IMG/VR virus record: IMGVR_UViG_3300042934_000712
Location: 1 to 37,798 of that record
From: a virus
DNA: 37,798 nt
Reading direction: 5' to 3' (one strand)
The notes beneath the pieces are model-generated. The model saw only the letters and a program-made list of their open reading frames with translations. It was not told the DNA's origin and made no database searches. This document shows positions 33,019 through 37,798 of this stretch, one piece after another. The position numbers and the translations under genes are program-made. Position 1 is the stretch's first letter. The number at the start of each line of letters is the position of its first letter.

Positions 33019-33983
33019 GCCCCTCTCCGGAGGCGGTGGCGCACATGGAGGCCCGCCGACGGCTGGCCCTGGCCACCGCGCTCGCCACCCACCGCATGTG
33101 GCGCCAGGTGGACCGGGACAACCTCCACCAGTCCTGGACCGCCAACGTCGGCAACGTTCTCGCCCTGGTCGTGGCCTCCCAGATGAGGGCCGCGGAGATG
33201 ACCAGTCCCTGGCTGAACCGGCTGCTGGGAGTGGAGAACGAGGACCGGCCGGACGCGAATCGGATCGTCCCGGCCGCGTTCGCCGGCGTGGACGGCGCGG
33301 GCCGCCCGCTTGGTGGCGTACTGATGGCGCCGATCTGGACTGCGCTGCGGATGGTGACGGCCGGGCGTCCGATCGTGCAGGCGATGCTTGCCGGGCAGTC
33401 GCTGCTGGACGCGATCGTGCAGACGGCCGTCGCGGACATCGGCCGGGCCGCGGACTCCGTCGGCATGACGGCGCGGCCAGCGGTGACCGGCTACATCCGC
33501 GTGGTGGAGGGCGGCGCCTGCTCGCGGTGCGTCGTCCTTGCCGGTGCCGAGTACCACACTGACAAGGCGTTCCTGCGGCATCCGCGCTGCAAGTGCGGCA
33601 TGGAGCCCGTCACCCGCGACCACGCCCCGGACCCGCCGTCGCCGAAGCAGCTGGTGGCGCAGATGTCCGAGGAGCAGCGGCGGAAGACGTTCGGTGAGGC
33701 CGGCGCGAAGGCCCTTGCCGAGGGCGCCGATGTGGGCCAGCTGGTGAACGCCCGCCGCGGCATGCAGTCCGCGGTCGTCTACGGCCGGAAGTTGCAGATC
33801 ACCAGCGAGGGCACGACGCGCAGGGGCTTCGCCGGCAGTCGCCTCCAGGACTTTGAGAAGGTCCGCGGCCAGCGCTACCGCGTCTCGCGCAAGCCCCGCC
33901 TGATGCCGGAGGAAATCTTCCGCGTCGCCGACAACCGCGAGCACGCCGTCCGGCTGCTCCACCAGTACGGCTACATCGCCTGA
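33015..33983 (+). CDS. MuF-like minor capsid / head morphogenesis protein
   Basis: 322 aa, directly after the portal gene. It has the Cys-rich motif GGACSRCVVLAG...HPRCKCG, which is common in actinophage MuF-like proteins. Confidence 0.65.
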   Translation: MSPSPEAVAHMEARRRLALATALATHRMWRQVDRDNLHQSWTANVGNVLALVVASQMRAAEMTSPWLNRLLGVENEDRPDANRIVPAAFAGVDGAGRPLGGVLMAPIWTALRMVTAGRPIVQAMLAGQSLLDAIVQTAVADIGRAADSVGMTARPAVTGYIRVVEGGACSRCVVLAGAEYHTDKAFLRHPRCKCGMEPVTRDHAPDPPSPKQLVAQMSEEQRRKTFGEAGAKALAEGADVGQLVNARRGMQSAVVYGRKLQITSEGTTRRGFAGSRLQDFEKVRGQRYRVSRKPRLMPEEIFRVADNREHAVRLLHQYGYIA

Positions 33984-34032
33984 TACCCGCCCGCGCGCAA
34001 CGCGCAGGCCCGCACCCGCAACGGGAGTACTC

Positions 34033-34713
34033 ATGACCACGCCCACCCCTGCCGCGCCCGCAGCCGACGACGCCCTGGACCCGGCGGCCGAGCCCGTGGA
34101 GCCGGACGACGCCCTCGACCCGACCGACGTGGACGACGGCGACGCCGATCCCGAGGGCGCCGACCAGCTCGGTGACCCGGGCAAGAAGGCCCTGGACACC
34201 ATGAAGGGCAAGCTCAAGGCGGAGCGCGAGAAGCGCCGCGCCCTCGAGGCCCAGCTCGCCGAACGCGACAAGCCGGCCGACGGCGACCAGCCGGACCAGG
34301 GCGCCCTGGTCCGGCAGGCCGAAGCGACGGCGCTGGCTCGCGTCAACGAACGCCTGGTGAAGGCGGAGGTGAAGGCCGCCGCCGCTGGCAAGCTCGCCGA
34401 CCCCGGCGACGCCCACCGGTTCCTGGACATGTCCCAGTTCGAGGTCGACGACGACGGCAACGTCGATGCCGACGAGGTCGCCGACGCGATCGACGACCTG
34501 CTCAAGTCCAAGCCCTACCTGGCCGCGCAAGGCGGCAGCACCAAGCCGCGGTTCCAAGGGACCGCAGATTCCGGCGCCCGCAAGGGGAATGCCCGGCCCT
34601 CTCAGCTCACCGAGGCGGACGTCAAGCGTCTGTCGGCGGCGGGCAAGCATGCCGAGATCGTCAAGGCCCAGAACGAGGGCCGCCTCGACGACTACCTCGG
34701 CCAGTCCCGGTAA
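34033..34713 (+). CDS. Scaffolding protein
   Basis: 226 aa, acidic, helical and coiled-coil. It lies immediately upstream of the major capsid gene. Confidence 0.7.
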   Translation: MTTPTPAAPAADDALDPAAEPVEPDDALDPTDVDDGDADPEGADQLGDPGKKALDTMKGKLKAEREKRRALEAQLAERDKPADGDQPDQGALVRQAEATALARVNERLVKAEVKAAAAGKLADPGDAHRFLDMSQFEVDDDGNVDADEVADAIDDLLKSKPYLAAQGGSTKPRFQGTADSGARKGNARPSQLTEADVKRLSAAGKHAEIVKAQNEGRLDDYLGQSR

Positions 34714-34734
34714 CCCCCTTCAAGGAGAACTCTC

Positions 34735-35586
34735 ATGGCCATCAGTGCCTTCAAGCCGGAAGTCTGGAACGCCAACCTCCTGGTCGCGCTCGAGACGTCG
34801 CACGTGTACGCCGCCGCAGGCGTCGTCAACCGCGACTACGAGGGCGACATCGCCAACTACGGCGACACCGTCCACATCACCTCGCTGGCCGACCCGACGA
34901 TCGGCACCTACACCCCGCACACCGACATCACCATCGAGGACGTCGACGACGTCGACTCCACCCTCCTCATCGACCAGGCCAAGTACTTCGCCTTCGAGGT
35001 CGACGACGTGGAGAAGCGCCAGGCCCGCAACGGGGGCGCCGTCCTCACCGAGCAGGCCCGCCGCGCCGCGTACAAGCTGCGGGACACCGCCGACAAGTAC
35101 GTGGCCGGCCTGATGGCTGCGGGTGTCGACGCGGGCAACCTCGTCGCGGAGGCGACCCTGACCGCAGCCGCTGAGGCCTACGACCTGCTGGTCGACCTCG
35201 GCACGCTGCTGGACGAGTCCGACGTCCCCGACGATGGCCGCTGGGCGGTCGTCACGCCCGCCTTCTACGGCCTGCTGAAGAAGGACCAGCGGTTCGTCGG
35301 CACGGGCGACGCCCAGGCGGCGATGACCCGCGTCAACGGCATCGTCGGCGAGGCCGCCGGCCTGTCCATCCGCAAGTCCAACAACGCCCCCGACGGCCCC
35401 GGCGCGGGCGCGGGCAAGCTGATCATCGCCGGGTACGGCGGCGCGGTCACCTACGCCGAGCAGATCAACAAGACCGAGGCGACCCGCAAGGAGAAGGGCT
35501 TCGCGGACATCGTGAAGGGCCTCCACCTGTACGGATCCAAGGTCGTCCGTCCCACCGGTCTGGCCGCGGCGGACGTGATCATCTGA
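34735..35586 (+). CDS. Major capsid protein
   Basis: AAGGAGA RBS precedes the ATG. The product is 283 aa. It sits after the scaffold gene and has very high GC3. Confidence 0.8.
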   Translation: MAISAFKPEVWNANLLVALETSHVYAAAGVVNRDYEGDIANYGDTVHITSLADPTIGTYTPHTDITIEDVDDVDSTLLIDQAKYFAFEVDDVEKRQARNGGAVLTEQARRAAYKLRDTADKYVAGLMAAGVDAGNLVAEATLTAAAEAYDLLVDLGTLLDESDVPDDGRWAVVTPAFYGLLKKDQRFVGTGDAQAAMTRVNGIVGEAAGLSIRKSNNAPDGPGAGAGKLIIAGYGGAVTYAEQINKTEATRKEKGFADIVKGLHLYGSKVVRPTGLAAADVII

Positions 35587-35960
35587 TGGGCCGCGAGCTG
35601 AAGGACGGCGAGCAGGTCCGTCTCCGTGGCTCGGGCGGCGCCATCTTCCTGGTGACCGTCGGACAGCCGTTCACCCGGGAGCTCATCGAGGCCCGCCTCG
35701 CGCGGGGCGAGTGGAGCTGGCCGGGCACCGACCCGAAGCCGAAGCAGGAGGCGAAGCCCAAGCCCGTCACCACGACGGAGCCGAAGGCCGCCCCGGAGCC
35801 GGAGAAGACTTCGGCCCCTGCGGCCGCGGACGACCCGGAGCGGCCGGCGGTCAACGCGCCGAAGGCCGAGTGGGTCGTCTACGTGGCTCGCACGCAGCAC
35901 ATGTCCCGCGAGGACGCGGCGAACTACACCAAGGCTGACCTGATCGACATGGTCAGCTGA
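35586..35960 (+). CDS. Hypothetical head-associated protein with a Pro/Lys/Glu-rich linker
   Basis: 124 aa. TGATG overlap with the capsid stop. The linker reads PKPKQEAKPKPVTTTEPKAAPEPEK, followed by a short helical C-terminal domain. Confidence 0.5.
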   Translation: MGRELKDGEQVRLRGSGGAIFLVTVGQPFTRELIEARLARGEWSWPGTDPKPKQEAKPKPVTTTEPKAAPEPEKTSAPAAADDPERPAVNAPKAEWVVYVARTQHMSREDAANYTKADLIDMVS

Positions 35961-35976
35961 CTGAGAGGGGGCTGCC

Positions 35977-36570
35977 GTGGCACTGGCACCGCTCGCAACG
36001 ACGGCCGATCTCGAAGCCCGCGGCCTGACCATCGACCCGTCGGAGGCGACGGTCGTGGGCGTCTACCTGGGTGTCGCATCGGCGGCGGTGCGGGAGGCGG
36101 CCGGTTCGGCCATCTCCCGCACCACGTCGACCCTCACCCTGGAAGGCCCGACCGGGCAGTGGCTGACGCTGCCCAGTCCGCCAATCGTGTCTGTGGCGTC
36201 CGTCTCCATCGACGGGCGCCCGGTCACCGACTGGCGGCTTCGCTCAGAACGCCTGTGGCGGGCGGCCGGCTGGTCCGGCTGCGAACCGTCCGAGGTGGAA
36301 GTCACCCAGACTCACGGCCTGGTCGACGTCCCCGAGGACATCGTGGACCTGGTGTGCCGGATGACGGCGGCCGCGCTGGTTGCCTACCGGTCCGAGGACG
36401 CAGGCGAGGGCCTGGCCGCGGGCAAGGAAGTCACCTCCGAGCGGCTCGGAGACTGGGCAGTCACCTACGGATCCGACGGCCGGATCAGCGAGATGGAGCT
36501 CACCCAGTTCTGGCGGGACCGGCTCGCGGCCCGCTTCGGGTCCAGCGTCACCGCGCTGAGGTCCCGGTGA
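35977..36570 (+). CDS. Head-tail connector/adaptor protein (putative)
   Basis: 197 aa. The call rests on its position after the capsid genes and before the head-closure gene. Confidence 0.5.
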   Translation: MALAPLATTADLEARGLTIDPSEATVVGVYLGVASAAVREAAGSAISRTTSTLTLEGPTGQWLTLPSPPIVSVASVSIDGRPVTDWRLRSERLWRAAGWSGCEPSEVEVTQTHGLVDVPEDIVDLVCRMTAAALVAYRSEDAGEGLAAGKEVTSERLGDWAVTYGSDGRISEMELTQFWRDRLAARFGSSVTALRSR

Positions 36571-36917
36571 GGGGCATCGGCCGGACGCTGAACCGGTCCC
36601 TGACGGTGTGGCGGGAGACGACCGTGGACGACGGCGCGGGCGGCCAGGAGACGATGCTGGCGCAGGTGACCACGGTGCGCGCGAAGGTCGACCAGCCGTC
36701 CCCGACGGAACGCCTGATGGCGCAGCAGTCCAGCTCCAACCACTCCCACAACATCTACCTGCAACCGCGGGCGAACGTCCGCCGCGGAGACGAGCTGCGC
36801 GGCACGGACGCGCTGGGCAACGCGCAAAAGTTCCGCGTGCTCTCGGTCGTGCAGCCCTCCACGCCCGTCTACTCGAAGGCGTTTGTGGAGCTCACCCAGT
36901 CCCAGCCTGGAGGCTGA
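36567..36917 (+). CDS. Head closure / head-tail joining protein (SPP1 gp16-like)
   Basis: GTGA overlap at 36567. The product is 116 aa. LTVWRETTVDDGAGGQ...VRAKVDQPS...NIYLQP...RGDEL..., which is typical of head-tail adaptor family proteins. Confidence 0.6.
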   Translation: MRGIGRTLNRSLTVWRETTVDDGAGGQETMLAQVTTVRAKVDQPSPTERLMAQQSSSNHSHNIYLQPRANVRRGDELRGTDALGNAQKFRVLSVVQPSTPVYSKAFVELTQSQPGG

Positions 36918-36919
36918 CC

Positions 36920-37072
36920 GTGGACAAGCCGTACATCGGCGCTGAGGCGCACGAGTGCAAGCAGCGCGCCGAGGATCCGAAGCTGCCCACCGACGAACGG
37001 CTGGTGTGGGCGCAGCTCGCGGCGGCTGCCGAGCTGGCGGCCATCCGCAAGCTGCTGTCCAAGCGGCGCTGA
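36920..37072 (+). CDS. Hypothetical small protein (50 aa)
   Basis: GTG at 36920 with CTGGAGG 6 nt upstream. Confidence 0.4.
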   Translation: MDKPYIGAEAHECKQRAEDPKLPTDERLVWAQLAAAAELAAIRKLLSKRR

Positions 37073-37084
37073 GGGGAGGCCCCT

Positions 37085-37510
37085 GTGGCACGACGACGAC
37101 GCCGCGGTGGCGGGCGCAGGCACCCGCGTGCGGGCGCGCGAGGCAGCGGCATCACCGTCACGATCGAGGGCCTGCCCGAACTGAGGCAGCGCCTGGAGGA
37201 ACTGCCGACCGAGGTCAAGGCCGCCTGCTTCCGCGCGCTGAAGGAGTCCGGCGGCGCGGTCATCGACGGCGTCAAAGGCCGCGTGAAGATCGACACCCGG
37301 AACCTGCACGGCTCGGTGAAAGCCCGGTACGAGAACAACCGGGTCCGCGCTGAGATCGGCTGGTGGGACCGGGACGACCGGTACGCCGTCTGGCAGGAGT
37401 TCGGCACCAGCAAGATGCCCGCGAACCCCTCCCTGGGCCCCGCCCTGGAAGAGGAAAAGCAGCACCTGCCCGACCGGATCAAACGGGAGATCGGGAGGAT
37501 CGTGCAGTGA
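37085..37510 (+). CDS. HK97 gp10-like neck/tail component
   Basis: 141 aa. The features LPELRQRLEELP...VKARYENNRVRAEIGW...YAVWQEFGTSKMPANP match the gp10-family pattern. Confidence 0.65.
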   Translation: MARRRRRGGGRRHPRAGARGSGITVTIEGLPELRQRLEELPTEVKAACFRALKESGGAVIDGVKGRVKIDTRNLHGSVKARYENNRVRAEIGWWDRDDRYAVWQEFGTSKMPANPSLGPALEEEKQHLPDRIKREIGRIVQ

Positions 37511-37798
37511 CAGCCCCTGCCCCGATGCTGCCGGTGCAGTCCGCCGTCTACGCCCGGCTGAGGGACGACGCCACGCTCGACGGCATGGTCACCGGCGTCT
37601 ACGACTACGTGCCGGAAGACGTCACCTATCCGTACATCGTGATCGGAGAGGCGACCGAGACGCCCGACAATCGGCACGGCGGCTTCGGCCGTCAGACGGT
37701 CGTCACCCTGCACGTCTGGTCCCGCTACCAGGGCTACACGCAGGCGCTGCGGATCGGCGCCCGGGTGACCGCGCTGCTGGACCACCAGCCGCTGACCC
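37507..37798 (+). CDS. Tail terminator / tail completion protein, N-terminal part (continues at nt 1 across the circular junction)
   Basis: GTGA overlap start at 37507. The frame is open to the window end, and the last 127 nt duplicate nt 1-127. Confidence 0.6.
   Translation, partial: MTAPAPMLPVQSAVYARLRDDATLDGMVTGVYDYVPEDVTYPYIVIGEATETPDNRHGGFGRQTVVTLHVWSRYQGYTQALRIGARVTALLDHQPLT
37672..37798. repeat. Terminal direct repeat, right copy (assembly overlap of a circular contig)
   Basis: Identical by eye to 1-127. Confidence 0.9.

Larger units (their letters stand above)
1..37798. mobile_element. Circular phage-plasmid-like element, unit length 37,671 bp (virion module, TraB-type transfer module, and partition/recombinase/replication modules)
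   Basis: nt 1-127 match nt 37672-37798 exactly. The CDS starting at 37507 continues in frame into 1-249. The gene content is phage plus plasmid functions, with no host housekeeping genes. Confidence 0.8.

Noticed and set aside
32841-34511. 556-aa - strand ORF (also 31501-32772, 33799-34650, 34720-35526, 36892-37785) opposite the head genes
   Set aside because: All are antisense to a syntenic, translationally coupled head-gene series and have low-complexity Ser/Ala/Arg/Gly products.

Overview
This is very GC-rich, Streptomyces-like actinobacterial DNA with strong G/C bias at third codon positions. Nt 1-127 are identical to nt 37672-37798, and one CDS reads in frame across that junction. The window is therefore a closed circular replicon of 37,671 bp with an assembly overlap, not a chromosomal slice.

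Gene content falls into three blocks:
(i) A complete siphovirus morphogenesis block on the + strand: HNH, TerS, TerL, portal, MuF-like protein, scaffold, major capsid, connectors, tail terminator, major tail, a G/GT chaperone pair with a GGGAAAA -1 frameshift, tape measure, a 1260-aa tail/adsorption protein, and small membrane proteins.
(ii) A - strand block (8.7-16.4 kb) organised like a Streptomyces plasmid/AICE transfer-spread module. It has a membrane-anchored FtsK/SpoIIIE TraB-like translocase, a DUF2637-like protein and other small membrane proteins, a WhiB-domain fusion protein, and a divergent GntR/KorA-like regulator. A dense GTCAGG repeat array sits directly downstream of the translocase gene and resembles a clt locus.
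(iii) Replication genes (initiator-like protein plus DnaB), a ParA/ParB-like partition pair, and a Cre/Xer-like tyrosine recombinase with an Xis-like HTH protein.

I found no recognisable endolysin, relaxase, T4SS, tRNA, rRNA or CRISPR array.

Main hypothesis: this is a temperate phage-plasmid that also carries an actinomycete dsDNA (TraB-type) conjugation/spreading system. Novelty cannot be verified without database searches. All family assignments come from reading motifs by eye and from synteny. Many start codons are uncertain by a few codons.
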